A stretch of 62,037 nucleotides of DNA, the filler included, from Streblomastix strix (Eukaryota): assembly GCA_008636045.1 (NCBI GenBank). It is 3 parts of 3 records of this genome, joined end to end, with 100 filler letters (N's around TTAATTAATTAA, not from the genome) between each part and the next. Parts side by side here need not be neighbours in the genome. Positions count along the whole stretch, not along the records: positions 20,725 to 41,337 come from SNRW01000423.1; positions 41,438 to 62,037 come from SNRW01000424.1; 1 more part is not named here. One strand, 5' to 3'. Both the position numbers and the translations under genes were made by a program. The notes beneath the pieces were generated by a model. The model was not told where the DNA came from, did not search any database, and saw only the letters and a program-made list of their open reading frames with translations. This document shows positions 26,999 to 41,444 of this stretch, piece by piece. Position 1 is the stretch's first letter, and each line of letters opens with the position of its first letter.

Positions 26999-28267
26999 TC
27001 AACTGTCATGTTTCCAATCGATCATATAATGCAAATTCGGTTTCCATCGAACGCCAGTCCTCCGCTCCTCCAGCATTCCTTACATAAACAGTTGTATGTT
27101 GTCCTGAAGGAGTTATTAGAAAAGATTGTTGGTATGAACAGCTCCAGAGAGTGAAGGTGAAAGGATTAACCGAGAAGGAGGCAATTTTGATGTGATAAGC
27201 GGAGATGTTGGTGGAAGTGGTTAGATATTGAAAACATCCAACTGAATAAGATAAAAGTGTTTAATAGAAAAAGAAAATAATTATAATAAGAACACTTAAT
27301 GTAATTAAAGATTAAATCATACAACAACTGTCTGTATCCAGTTTTTATTAAGAGCATGAATAATTTCATTTTCCGATATTATAGTATTACACCTGAGGTT
27401 TATAAGTATGCAGGATGGTTTGCAATGTTAGAGCACATGTCTGGCTTATCTTTCATCCTTTGAATCGCTCCCTCCAAGTAGATATGTAGTCTCAGAAGAC
27501 TCAGGAAGAGCAACAACTATAACATCCACACCGCTCAGGAACTCAATAAGGACTTCATCCTGCGTTTTAGTTTTATCGCCATCCAAAGCAAACATTCTCT
27601 CAAAGCATTATGATATAAGGGGAAGTTTGTCTGTGCTTTCTCTCTCCTATTTATAAGCTGGAAACAAAGGCTCACCATCTTTTCGTGCGTGTCTGTGCAG
27701 TCCCCAGATCTTACCACCAAGGACATGAACACGTCTTGCCACTTCCTGTCCATTCTGTCCAACACCAAGCACACCAAAGCGAAGCTGTGAGAAATGCAGG
27801 AATTGAAGACAAGGTGCTTAAACAGAGAATGGAGCGCTTTATGAATTGGCTAACAGGAGGAACTTGTGCTGCAGCATGATGACCATACCAATAACGTACT
27901 CAGCTACTAATGCACCTTGGAAATTGTATGAATGTGACAAGATGAATGGAGGCTCAGATTCCTCATAATGTGGTGCCATCTGTAGGATCTCTTTTTGATC
28001 ACTGCTCAGACTCATAAACCATTTTAGATTGGGACAATCGCGCTTCGGTTTCTGCATCCTTTGCAATAAGCTTGGGTTTCCAAATACAACATGTGCTCGC
28101 TTCAATTGCATGGGAAATTCGGGGTTGTCCTAGTTGTTCAGAAAGATGAAGTCGAAAATAAAATTCTTGTCTAACATGCTGAGGATATCTAGCATCTATT
28201 TTGCTAATTCGTTAGACTGTTATACAAAAAGAATCAAATATTTCTTGTCCTTTTACAAATTAGACAT
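26999..28267 (-). CDS. D-isomer-specific 2-hydroxyacid dehydrogenase family protein
   Basis: VAEYVIGMVIM, Rossmann motif GVLGVGQNGQEVARR, DVIVVALPESSETTYLL, ILINLR and VFNIQPLPPTSPL. At least one intron (~27250-27320). Confidence 0.85.
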
Positions 28268-28824
28268 CGAACTCACTGCTTTTATCAAAGGCTACAATAA
28301 TAATAGTAAAATTGCAAGATTGCACTCTAATTTAAAAATCACACCACACTCCCTTTGCCTACACTAATTTATTGTTTGATCATTGTACAATATATAGCTG
28401 AAATAAAAAAATTTCTATATAATATTTGTTAAAAATAAAGTATAATACTATTTTTAGCGACAGAATTGATGTTATTTATTTTTTATAAATATTAAATCGA
28501 TTTATAAAAGTTTGAATTGGCAATATTATGAGATTATTAAATAAATTAAATTTTAAAATTAAGCAATTAAAGTTATTTATTTTTATTTATTGATTATTAT
28601 GCCGCATCGTGCGAAAAAATACAATTTTCAATTGGAGATATTTTTTCTCTGTCATATTAAGTTTAAAACAAAAAATAAGTTTAAATAATTGTTATTCAAT
28701 AATTTACCTTTTGCATAACATATAGTTTAATAGAATGGATGTACCAGTAGCAATATAAACAATTTTACTGCTTTTAATCTTAAAAACAAAGTTATATATT
28801 GAAATATCAGTAATTTAAAAGTAT

Positions 28825-30468
28825 TCAATCATCCAGTTCCATTAGTACAACTCTAGCTCTTTGTCTCTATTTTATTCTCATAATTGTATTTTTAGCTTCT
28901 TTTGCTCTTTCACGAACTCCTCCTCCTTCCCAAGCTTTAGTTTCGTTGTGAAATAGAAGAATTTCGCATTCATCATAAGTTCCATTCTCTTCCATACTAA
29001 TTTCTATTTCATTTCTTATTTATGAAAAAGAACTTTATGTTTCGTATTATTCTTCTAATACCATTTATTGAGTCTAATCATGAGCATCTCTGATTAAACG
29101 AGGGCATCGCTAATTGCGTCTACCAGTGAAAGTCTAAGGTTCGTTATTACCTTCCAATGAAAAGAATAAATCGCGGATATTACAAAGTGTCTATGAAATG
29201 ATTAAATTATAGATTTAAACATTTTCCTTTCCATTATCATCTAATTACACTTACTTTGACTTATTTTGTTAGTTTTTAGTTTAATTTTGATTTAATCCGA
29301 TTGAACTACTAATTAAATTGCAGAGGAGAATTACATAGCTGTTATTGTTCATAATTTGTCTTAATGAAAATCCTTTTATGTTCTTCAAACAAGCATTTAA
29401 GAAATACAAACTCTTCATTTAGATTTCAGAAATAGCTCTTTGTTATTCACCATCCAAATTCCACATCCACGTTTCTCCAGAAAATTGGATATTTTTATAC
29501 AATAAGTTGTATCCTTTCGCTAATTCCATTGATTTTTATAATATATCTGAATTCAATATAAGCGTGCGAAATTCTGATGTGTTTAAATCAAAGAGAGAAA
29601 GAGTGAGATGAAGCGCTTTTTCAACCAGAATTAGATGAATCGATTGTTATGAGTTAATTGTAAAAGCAGATTTGATATGATCCAGAATGTGATGCTCTTC
29701 AATTAAGGATGTTTGGAGGTCGCATCTTCCAGCAGACAACTCAGCAATGGCATGAAAAGCAGATGCTGTTACTTTCTGAGAAGTGAAGATGTCACTATTT
29801 GAATGAATATATGAAATGCATTGAGGACAAGAACATCCAATATGAATGAATGGCACTACTGCATCAAAAATTTTGTTTCCTCGAACGATTGATGCTCTTT
29901 TATAACTATTGGAGGCTGCATATGCGACTGCTTCTAATGTTAGAATTGCATTTTCTATCCATTCATGAGATAAAATGATTTAAATTGAAGAAAAAGATAA
30001 TAATTTGTTTTCATTTGTTTAGATATAGAATTCTCTAAAAAGTAATCTGAGTTCATTTTCAAATATATTTGAACTCTATTTAATGGCTTCTTCTTATATT
30101 CCTTCCATATGCTGCATCATCCACAGAGCTCTTATTAAACTAAGAATGATCTGATAATTATTGTTGTTAGATTATAAATCATTTTCATATTTTATAAGTT
30201 GTTTCTCAATACTGCTCACAAGTCCAGATTCAGCAAAAATATTAATACCAATTGAACCTGCGGATTAGCATCGAAAGGCAAGGAGTTCAAGAATATGTGA
30301 AATTTGATGTGTTTATTCGGATTATTAATCATCTAATCCTTTCCTGAGACGCACACATAAAGTTGAATTGAAAAGTTACTGGAATTCAGAAATACTCATA
30401 GTTTAGACTTCCATTAAAATTGAAGAATAAAATTTATTAAGTTCATCATTTTTCGACTGTGAAAGCAT
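28825..30468 (-). CDS. ARM/HEAT-like helical protein, ~547 aa
   Basis: Single ORF under TAR=Gln (MLSQSKNDELNKF…VLMELDD*) that includes listed ORF 29647-29856. Confidence 0.65.
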
Positions 30469-31009
30469 TGAATATCTACATTAGAATGAGATTAAAATGA
30501 AAATTAAATTTATACGAAATAGAAATTATTAATTATTTTGTTAAAAATCTATTATTTGCAAATATTTTTCAACTTTTTCAAACAAAAATTTACGTAGTGA
30601 AATAATTGCCGTATATAGATCTATTAGAAATTAATAGGATGGAATATATATGAAAACTAGGCAAATAGAATAAGTAATTTATTAATATTTTAATTAATCG
30701 TTCAAATCACAGGGTATTTTGATTTTTTTCTGTTTAATCTTATTCACATGTGTATAACGTGTTGGAATTGTGTCTCAATTTATAAATGGGTTAATTTCCA
30801 TATCATAAAAATATTTAATAAATTACAAATGTTTTTAAAGGCGTTCCAATAAGATAAAGTGAATAAAATTTTTGAAATGTGAAAAAATATATTCAAACTA
30901 CAAACTTAACATTATTATAATACGTTTATAACTAAAGTACTTTAATCTTAATTCATTTTATTATCAAATTATTATAAGACAAATAAAAAAATAGTACATC
31001 ATGCTCATT

Positions 31010-34000
31010 TCATTTTACTTCCATCCTGAAGAAGATCAAGAACAATCTTTGCATATTTCACCACATTTGCATTCTTATTCATCATCAGCACTTACAACTT
31101 CTTTGTCTTCAATTCTGAATGTATAAATTACTTTGTTTAATCACTTCCAATTTAAAGAAGTCGTTTGATAAGAATAAGGAGGAAGAAAAGTGCTTCACCA
31201 GGTATCCATCTATAATATCAATAATGAGAAATTGTAATTATTTGAAAAAGTGTAAGTAAAATAAATCAATTACAAAAAGAATTTTAATTATAAACTAAGA
31301 ATAAAATAAGTTCATACTGTAGTAGATCATTTATCAAATAGAAGAATCGGTTAGAAAGAATGAGGTGATGATTTGCTGAATTAATGAAAATTAAAAAAAT
31401 TGTTAAAAATATTCTAAAAAAATTGTCAAAAATTATTCAAAAATAAATAATAATGTATATCAATTCTGCTAACCTTCGCAAAAAGCCAATGATTTCAATG
31501 CATTAATAGATGAGCGTAATACATAGTAATCATACTCGCATTCCTCTTCAGTGTTATTTATTCCTTTTTACTATTCAGAATGTTTTTGTCTATCATTATT
31601 ATCATCATCAATTTTATATTCATCTTCTTATTATGAATACAAACTCACTCCTTCAACATCATCATCTCCATTTCCACTCATACTCTCAAATTCATTATGT
31701 CTTATTTCATCTTAATATAAGTCTTGTCCATTTTAATTCATTTCTTATTTATTCTTCATTTGTTGCAATTAAGCTTCCATCTCGCTCTTCTTTGCAAGCG
31801 TGGCCATCTCAATAATCTGTTTTTTAAGGAAGAAAGCAACCTTATGCAGATCTTTAGGCAATGCCACTGCTCTGTATAAGAATCCTAAGCAAATTGAAGT
31901 CCTTTATCTGATATGGGTTTGTTTCTTGAGACATTTCGCTTTCAGGAATGAGGCTATCTTCTGGATACCTCCATTTTCTTCTAATTCCTGTCTGTATGGA
32001 TGTGGCTAATCATGATTCTTATTAAAAGCCCCAACTGCAATGTTGCTTATGGAGGAAATAACATCGCTGATTATTTCTTCGTTTTCTTAGTTTTCTAAAA
32101 GATTGATCAATACGGGAAATGCTTTCATCTCATGCAATCGTTCTAGCTATGGGTCGTCAGCTCGAGTTGTACATGCAAATATTGCAGCTGAATGAACAAT
32201 ATCTACAAAACCTACTGTGTATTTGATGAAACTATCAATTTTGTTGCTAATTTCAAATTCCTTTTCAGATATGTGAATTTTCTATCTTTTCTAATTATTT
32301 TTAGCAATGTTATCATCTAAAGAGGTAGATTCTGGTTAAATTTATGAGTTTTCTTTTGCAATTAAATTATCATTCTGTAGATTATTCATATTCAAATTAA
32401 TATCTAATCTTCCAATCACTGAGAATAAAGCTTCAACAACACCAGAGTCGATCAAAGCTGTTAGAAGTAATCGAGACACAGAAATGCCATTGGATGTGTT
32501 ATCACAGGATAAGAATCCCTCTATGAAGTGACAGACGCTGATAATTACATCAAATTGTGGCCATTTCCCATCAGATGATTAAATAAGCTGAATTATTTTC
32601 ATCTTTTGCCTTTAATTTGTGTTGGAATTTTTTATCTTTTTAGAATCTGAATATTTGTCTTTGATTTATTTCTTTTGGTGCTTTTAGTTTGGAGCAGTTT
32701 TAGTATTTTTTATCTTTTTCAAATTTTATTGTTTATCTTTATTGAATTTATCCATCTTTTGAAGATTGTTCTTCTTCTTATTTTTATTCTTTATTCCTTA
32801 AAATGCTTCATCATCTTCTTCTTCTTCATCATCATTATATTCATCATCTTCTTCTTCATCTTCTTCTTCATCGACTTCATCAAACTCGTTAAATTCAGGA
32901 TCATTCATTTTCTAATTAATTGATTTAATTTTCCTTCTTTTCTCTTTTTCTCTTCGATTCATTTCATCCAAAATCAATTTTGCTATTTGTTGTAATATTC
33001 CCGATTTTGCAATTTGTTGTTTAACTTCTGGAGAAACTGTTTTTATTTCATCGCACATTATTTGTAATGAAATCGAGAGGATTTTATTTGATTAATCACT
33101 AATTTATGAGGGAAATAAGTAGATATTTAAAATTGAAGAATTAATAATATGAAAATTGAAAATTAAATTTAATAAATACATAATATTTCTATTATAATTA
33201 TATAAAACTTTTCATACATATATTTTGCACTTCCAAGTATGATCTACTAATATGGTATGTTTAACAATTAATCAGTATTCGGATGTATTTCTGATTTATC
33301 CCAACTTTAATGTGGAGTAGATGTACTTGAATTATTTTAGCTGTATTGAAACTATTATTAAGAAGAAGATGAAGATAAAGTTTGCAAATATTATGAAGCT
33401 GGATTAATAAACAAAGTTGACTGCTGAAACTAGGTAGGAGGAACATACGATGGGGTCTATTATAGAATTAATGGTTAGTTCTAATTATTAGTCTTGAATA
33501 ACTAATACTACTGCTGTAATACTGGTGACAGTGCCAATGGAGTTTTCCCAAAATATGCGTTAGCTGCATATTATGAAGAAGGAGAGAAAGACAAAGACGG
33601 GTAATTATAGGATGAATTAGAGGTTGAATTTGTCTGATTTTATTCTTTTTAATATTATGCTGGAGAAAGTGAAGGTTGTCTATGCGCTGAGACAATGGCA
33701 TTTGCTGTTCCAATTATATTCATGTCTGGTTAGTCGGAAATAGTGACAAATTGTACTTCAGTTTGCGCATGTTAGAATTATGATGGTTAATTCTGTTATT
33801 ATTATTATAATTATTATTAATTATTTTTGGTTTTATTCACTAATGGGTATTATGATTAATATCCTTATCCTTATATTAATGATTTTGAAGGCATTGCAGA
33901 TTTCGATGTAAGTGTTGGAGGAGAAGGCAAATGTTGTTATTAAGAAGTACTATTAATATTCTTCATCATTGTTGGTGTGTTTCTTCCAGATGAAGTCAAT

Positions 34001-37000
34001 TAATAGTTATTTGATGATGAAGACTAAATAAGTCTCTCAGGTTTGTCTGTTTATTAATCAAGATCAGTGATGTTTGAGTTTGATCGTGAATTAATATCAG
34101 GGATGTTACTATTTGATAGATCTGGTGTATTTGATGATGAAGTTACTAAGAAGAATGGTTGTGAAAATGGAGTTAATTCTCTGGTGCTTAAGACATTTGA
34201 TTGATCTTCTTTACTGATATTAAGGTTATTATCTGGTTGTAATAGAGTAAATTGATTTGATTATAATGTAGGTGAATATTATTCATTCTATTTATCAGAT
34301 TGATTCTATTTTTATGATAATGAGCGTAACTTAGCATTTGCAAACTATTGATTGTTATATTGTTGAGTCATTTGTGATAAAGAAGATTATGATGAATTGG
34401 AAGATTATGATTGGAAAGACTTAAAAGTGTTGAATTGTTCTGTTTATTCTGACAATTAACTGTTTGTTCTGCTCATTTGTTTTGCTTCAACTGATTTTCT
34501 TGATGAATCTGGAGATTGGTTTTATTTCTTTGGATCATCAACCACTAATGTTTTCCCAAAGAAAATGCTCTTTCTGGATGTGTCTTTCATTAGTTCTTTA
34601 TCCAATGTTTATAAATTATCTTGAGAATTCATTTATATATTGGTATTCGAGCTATGAACATTTTGCTTTATTTATAATTTTTGAGGTTTTTGTTTATTTT
34701 GAGGGCTTAGGATTTAGTTATTCAGATTGGAGAAACTTGCTTATGCAGAAGCAAACACAAAAGTATTCTTAATTTCAGGTTATTGTTATTATAAAGGTTA
34801 CTAAGAAGAACTAGAAATCATTGATGAATCACTTTGTGGTGAAAATAGTTGTATTAATTGTGAATTCTAATTTAATGGTTACGGAGAATTGAATGTAGAT
34901 ATTTATAAAGTCTTTGCTAATTATTTTTGAGATTATTATTAATTTGATGTTTCATTGTTTGTTTATAAATTATTTTCATCTGTTTATTATTCTTCCTTAT
35001 TTTCATTAGCTTTTCTAACCAATATTTATGGAGTAGTTTATTGAGAAACAACCCTTTCTGTTACTGCAGATTCAGAAGCAACATTTGAAACTGTTGATGT
35101 TTGTGATTGTGATAGAGTGGTTAAAGATTACAACTGTAATAATAATTTAAGTTATTGGCCCTAATCCTATTACTGTTGATCTAAAACTGTATCTGATTAT
35201 AATTCAGTTTATTATGTCAAATTAAGAGTCTCTGTATGTAATGAATATTTTGATGGAGAAATTGTTATCTAATTTTTAGTTGGTGAGAAATCTTTTGTTT
35301 GAATCACGGGTGTTGATATTGTTGTCAGAGATTATATTTATTGTATTTAACTTTAATCATTTGTTTAATTCTCTTCATTTATCTTATCCTAAACTAAAAC
35401 TGCTTTTTCTAATGGGATATTAGTATCCTTAAAGATGTTGTGTGCATTTGGTACACTAGATGTAAGTTTCTGACAAATTAGAGGTTTGTTATTTTATTCT
35501 ATTAAACCATCATTATATGAAAGAATTGTGTTTTTGAGCAGTTTTTCTGACTGTGAATGTTAATTGTCTAATTATTCATTTTATTTTGAATCCATAATCT
35601 CTTTTAATGGTTCATTTTATTCATTTTAATTTGATTATTATTTATTTTGATTATATTTATTATTATTTTGAGCTTAAACATTGCTTGTAAGAGTTGCTAA
35701 AGCTGATGATGATTATTCTCTGCTAATTTCATCATTATCTATATTAATATTGAGATTAATAGTTGGCGAACTTGAGAATGAATGTATTTTAGTTTGACTA
35801 TTCTCATATTATACTATTTCTGAAGTCTTATTGAGGTTACTCATGAAATCATCCTATTGCATTCCTTATTTCATTGTCTACCACCCAATTTTCATCTACA
35901 AAGGCGTTTAATCAGGAGCAGCGGCGTTTCTGCGAACAAACTGCACTGATCGACTCAAAGCTGATCTCATTGGTGGAATGAGATTAGAATTCCCTTAATT
36001 TGTTAATGTATGAGTATTATTCAATCTTTAGTCAGGATCTATGATTGATGGAGTTGGTGGCAGAGATCTGGGCTAAATAGATAAGTTAATCCTCCTTTCG
36101 CTTTCTGGGGAAGAAACAAATATTGAAGACTGAGAAGTATTTGAATTGGTTCTGGTTTATTGTATCATTTGTTGGATGTTGTTAGAAAATTCGGATACTT
36201 GAGAAATGACCTTTCGAGAATCATTTGTAGAAGTTTCTTAAGAAGATGTTGAAAGGAACTGACTCTCTCGTGTTATGGATACGTGAGTTTTCTCAGCACT
36301 AACATCAGGCGATGATTTCATATCTTTCAAACTCAGTTTTTATGTATTTTTCCCACTTTTCAATTTTTTCAATATTTCAATTTCCTTTGTCAATTCAATT
36401 TCATGTTCCCTCAATAACTTAATCTCCATCTTCAAAGCCAAAACCTCATCAATTAATTTATCCATAGCCTTCTTCCTTTCTTATTCCCTCATCTTGTCTT
36501 CTCTGTCTCTTTCTCACTGAATCTACTTCTTCAATCTTTCTTCATCATCTTTTTCTTTTTACTCTAATTTCATCTCCCGAGCCTCATCACGAGCATCACG
36601 GATTAAACGTCTGAGGAATTTGTTGTCGTCTGACAGGCGCCTGATCTCATACTGCCTCTGGCGGGATTTGTCTCTTTCTTGCTGAAGGTTTTTGGTGAGC
36701 TTGCTGATTTGGTCGGATTAATGGGGAGATTATTCTGGATCAGTTTTGTTTAATGATCGAGTTTCTTTTGTAATTGGGGATGAAATGCTTTGATCTGCTT
36801 CAATCTTCTGGCGAAGATGGATAATTTCAGCATCTTTTTGTTGAAGCACTTTCTGGAGCATTTTGATTTAATCTCAAGAATTACTTTTCTTCCCAAATTA
36901 GAGTAATTCACTTGTCAAATTATTCTCACTATGTTAATTGGAATGTGAAGATGAGATGTTCTATGATGAATCTTAACTTGATTCATCGTGATTCTATTCA

Positions 37001-37068
37001 GTACTGTCTGTATCATCAACTTTTGAATTCTATTTCTTATGTGAGCTTTTCTTTTGGCTTTTTTCCAT
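31010..37068 (-). CDS. Very large Gln/Ser-rich protein with N-terminal coiled coil and C-terminal ARM-like region, multi-exon
   Basis: ATG at 37068, ~3.8 kb first exon open under TAR=Gln, intron ~33100-33217, acidic tract ~32800-32880 and ARM-like segment ~31800-32560. 3' exons are approximate. Confidence 0.6.
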
Positions 37069-37700
37069 TATACTACTAAATAAAGAATAAATATTATAAA
37101 TTATTATAGCAATTATATAGTTTCTTTTGTAATAATTTATGATATGTGAATTATAAATTGTATAATTTATAACATTAATAATTTTTTAAGTTGAACATAT
37201 AACAACTTTTATTTAGGGCTTGAGAAAAAACAAAAATACTAATTTAAAAAATAAATTATTATTAACTTTGAAAAAATTAATAAAATTTTATAAAAATGAT
37301 TTAAAATATATATTAAATAATTAAAAATGCAAAAGTTCTTTCTAATCATGAGTTTTAACAGAGAAAATCGTTGATTTTAATAAAAATGTTTTTACAGACT
37401 GTTTGATATGTAAACAATTAATTTCACACTAAAAATGTCTATTGGCATTGTTTTATTAAGTATAAAAATATTAAATGCAAAATCAAACATTAGATAAATA
37501 TGAAATTATAAACTCATCTTAAATTTCTAAAATTGAATGTATTTCAATAAAATAATAATAGTTGCAATTGATAAATAAAAAAAATATAATATTTTGAAAT
37601 CGTAAAATAAGAACTTTAAAGCAATTTGTATAGAAAAACTAAGAATAAACAAAGAATTTCAATTTACTTATTAACACTTTATCTAATTTAGCTTTCATAT

Positions 37701-40337
37701 TCATTTCTTTGTAAAACAATTAATATTTTCTTCCTCTTTACCTTACTTTTCATCAATAATTTTATTTATTATTGATAATATTTCAGTCGATTTTGACCAT
37801 GTTATCTTTTTCTATTTATCTTTCCATTTATGTTTCTGAGAAAGTTATTCAAAATGTTCAATATTTAACAAATTATCAACTTAATATTTCACAGTAAAAG
37901 CAATTCTCTTCTTATTTTCATCTGATCCATATTTTAAGATAGGAAGAATAAAAAGAAGATATTTAAGTAAATAATAATCATCTTTGAAGAGTTGTTTCTC
38001 AAATTCATTCTCCAAGATCGCTTCTTAATTTTCTTTGAAGGAATAAAAAAATTTATTAAAACTAAAGTTAGAAAATGAATTAAAAACAAAATAAAATACC
38101 TGGACATTCTACTAGATAAATAAGTTCATCAAATTTATTTTATTCTTTGAGGTCATCAATGATTTCTCTGTATTCAATAGGAAATGGTGAAGCTTTGAAT
38201 AAGAATACAAGAGTTTATTATATTTAATTTTAAATATCTTCATTTTCTTTGACTCTAAGAAGTTGGAAAAGCATTGTTATAAATCCAATCTTTGTGAATT
38301 GTTGGAGAAATGGATGTTATTCACCTTCTTTTAATCTTTCAATTTCAGCAAAAATAAGATCTTTAATAAATTCAATTGAGAGACTCTTTATATATTCATC
38401 TTATGACATCAACATCTTACTCATCAATGTAATGAAATCTTTAGAGAAAAATATCTTTTATATTTTGATTGGAATATTGAATGAAAGATAATAAAGAATA
38501 GAAAGATCTTCTTCTTTCAATTTAGAAACTGGAAGTGAAATAAGAATAGAAAGAAGCTCTTATACAAAGCCAGTTTCTTCAATTATTATACTACAAGCTT
38601 CTAAATTCCCTTTAACCAATGTATTAATAATATCTCCAATAACAATCATTCCTCCCTCATTATCATTCATTTAAATAATCTTAACCATAATTTCTTATAT
38701 TGACAACATTAATCCAGCTTTTATCAATTCAATATTCCCATTTCCATTTCTATTCTTCACAATTCTTCTTATTCTTACTAATTATTTCATTGATTCGGGA
38801 TCTTAGAAAGAAAAGATTAAGGAATAAACTTCATCCCAAGTAAATAGTTTCTTCAGATTGTTAATTATTATTTGTTTGCGAATTAATTTTTATGTTTGTG
38901 TTGAACCAAAAAGAAACAGATTTTGAATAATATTGAGTGAATTAATGTTACATTACCAATCTTCATGTGAATTGTCAGATCCTTTTCTGTTAGATATTTA
39001 TTTTAAGTATGAAATAAAAATTATTATTATTATTATTTAATTAATTCATTTCATACTTTATATAAGCAGCAACAGATTCAATAGTGTGACTTGCAATAAT
39101 ATCTTCATGATTGTCTGAATTTAAATAATAATATAATAAAAAATTAGAATTAAGAATAATATTTGAAATCTTAATTTAATATATTTAATTAATTAAAACC
39201 TCTATTAATAGCCAGAAATGAGAGAACTTCCATTGAATTTGAATTATTATCTTCAATTGACTTAACTTCATCGCATAACTAAAATATTATTTATTCTTGA
39301 ATTTTGCTTGGGAGTTAGATCCCTTCAATATAAAGAATATCAAGAAGAATATAAGCCAATTTCCAATTTAGTAAAGTGATTTCATTATTCATTATCACAT
39401 TATCAATTAATGTCTTTATTATTCCCTATTTTTCAAATAAACTGAGAAATGGATTAGGAAGTGAGAGAAGATATTCTAAAGATTATTATTTTTAAGGAGA
39501 TAATGAAAATGGAGATGATCTAGAATAATTTGAATTTGAGTTTCCCCATCCATTCTTAGTGATATTAACAAATGAGTCAAGAATATATGCTTTAATACTA
39601 TCATCTTCATTATTCAAAGATGGAATCATGCTTTAAATTATTTGCATTTTATTCATTTTCTATATTTGTTTTTCTGAACAGAAATGAATGAAATAATTAA
39701 TAGATTATATTACAAACATTGGAATTTGATCAAATGAAATGGATTTCGCGAATTCAATTAATTATTGAATAAATCCAGATTTCAATCCAAGTTTCACTGC
39801 TTCTGAATCTTTAATAATATTTTTAATTATTTTAGGAATAAATTCTGAAATTTCCAAGATTAATTTATTCATTTCTTCTGATAGTTTAGTTTTATCTAAT
39901 TCTTGTGATTATCTTATAGTTTATAATGCATTTAATAATCTGTTGAATAAATCTTCAGATAATTCACTTTCTTCTTTGATTAGTAAAAGTTCTTGTTTGA
40001 TTTCAATTAATTATTACTAAGATATAGTTTGTGTGATTTAAAAAGATAATTATTATTCATCTTTTTGTTTTTCTTTCTTTTTTACTTTCTTTCCTTCTAT
40101 TCGTTTTTATTTTTCTTTATCTTTTGATTCTTTCTTCTTCTTCCCTATTTCCAAATTTTCATTTTCATTAAAATTTTAATCTTCATTTTAATTTATTTCT
40201 TCTTCTCTTTTCTATTCAATTTCAATTTCTATATCTTTCTTATGTTTATGGTGTTTCTCGTGTTTTTAATGAATATCCTTCTCAAGTTAATCATTATTAT
40301 TATCATCTTGATCTATTTTTATTGGTTAGTCGATCAT
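37701..40337 (-). CDS. ARM-like helical repeat protein, multi-exon
   Basis: ATG at 40337, Lys/Glu-rich N-terminus, Leu/Ile-rich helical repeats, introns near 38040-38100, 39000-39055 and 39120-39200. Confidence 0.55.
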
Positions 40338-40821
40338 TATTTCAATTGTCTGTAATTATTAGAAATATAAGTTATAATTAATAAATAAAGATAAAAGTCA
40401 TCGTTTAGAAAAAATTTTGTGAAAAAAATTAATTGAGGCAAAATAAGGGTGATATATAAGTAATAAATATATATAAATTGCTTATGCATATATTTAATTA
40501 TAACATGAGATATGTAGGATAAATAATTTTATTTTAAATCTCACACAAATCAACAATAGAATAATTATAACTAAAGTGGCTTTTTAATAGCATTGGTTAT
40601 GAATAATTTATGAGAATTAATTGAATTTAATTGTATTAAATATTTTTATGAAATAAAAATAATTTATGAATGCCAATATGATGAGTCTACGCCAAAAAAC
40701 TGATTTTTGTAAATTCTTTAAGAGATCGACGGGTGAAAAGTTTCATGATAATTTCAATTTTGAAATGGTTTAATTAAACTATTTCATTACTAAATATAAT
40801 AATGATGATAATGGTGAGTTA

Positions 40822-41273
40822 TTGGCTAAATCTATTCTAGTAGGAAAACATTATGGAGCAACAGGAGAGATAATTTCAATTGAATCAATGTTATCAACAG
40901 ATGGAGAAATATTTAATCAACCGATAAGACCAGGAAAAGATAAAGATAATAATAAGAAGAAGAATGATGATGAATCTGGATATAATAATGAAAGAGATGG
41001 GAAACAATCTCATGATATGACATCATTTATGAGATCACTTCATGAATTCTCTTCTCCATTTGGTGATCATATTGGAAAATTGAGAATGTACTAATTATAT
41101 GAAGAGAATGGAAATAAAGAATGTTTGTCTCGAACTAATTTGTTATAACCTAGAGCAATGAGACGAGCTCAAGATATCAGAGAGTAACTTACAAGGTTGT
41201 GTGTGAATGCTGAAGTTATTATGAAGAGTAATCAGAATAATGATGTGCTTAAATACATGGACAATGTAAGAAA
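40822..41273 (+). pseudogene. DEAH-box RNA helicase (Prp2/Prp16/Prp22/Prp43 type) HA2-region fragment
   Basis: LAKSIL…EIISIESMLS…FSSPFGDHIGKLRMY…AMRRAQDIREQL. No upstream helicase core, and the contig ends shortly after. Confidence 0.7.
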
Positions 41274-41337
41274 GTAAAATAAATATGACAACATTATAAA
41301 TATTTGAATTTAAAATGCCTTTTTATTTTAAATATTT

Positions 41338-41437
41338 NNNNNNNNNNNNNNNNNNNNNNNNNNNNNNNNNNNNNNNNNNNNTTAATTAATTAANNNNNNN
41401 NNNNNNNNNNNNNNNNNNNNNNNNNNNNNNNNNNNNN
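41338..41437. other. Artificial contig linker (N44-TTAATTAATTAA-N44)
   Basis: Same spacer as 20625-20724. Confidence 0.97.
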
Positions 41438-41444
41438 GTCCAGA

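Noticed and set aside
27400..28130. GC-richer tract as a retrotransposon remnant
   Set aside because: It translates cleanly as a 2-hydroxyacid dehydrogenase on the minus strand.
32675..32923. Hydrophobic listed ORF as a membrane protein
   Set aside because: Antisense to an acidic/Lys-rich tract of the large minus-strand gene.
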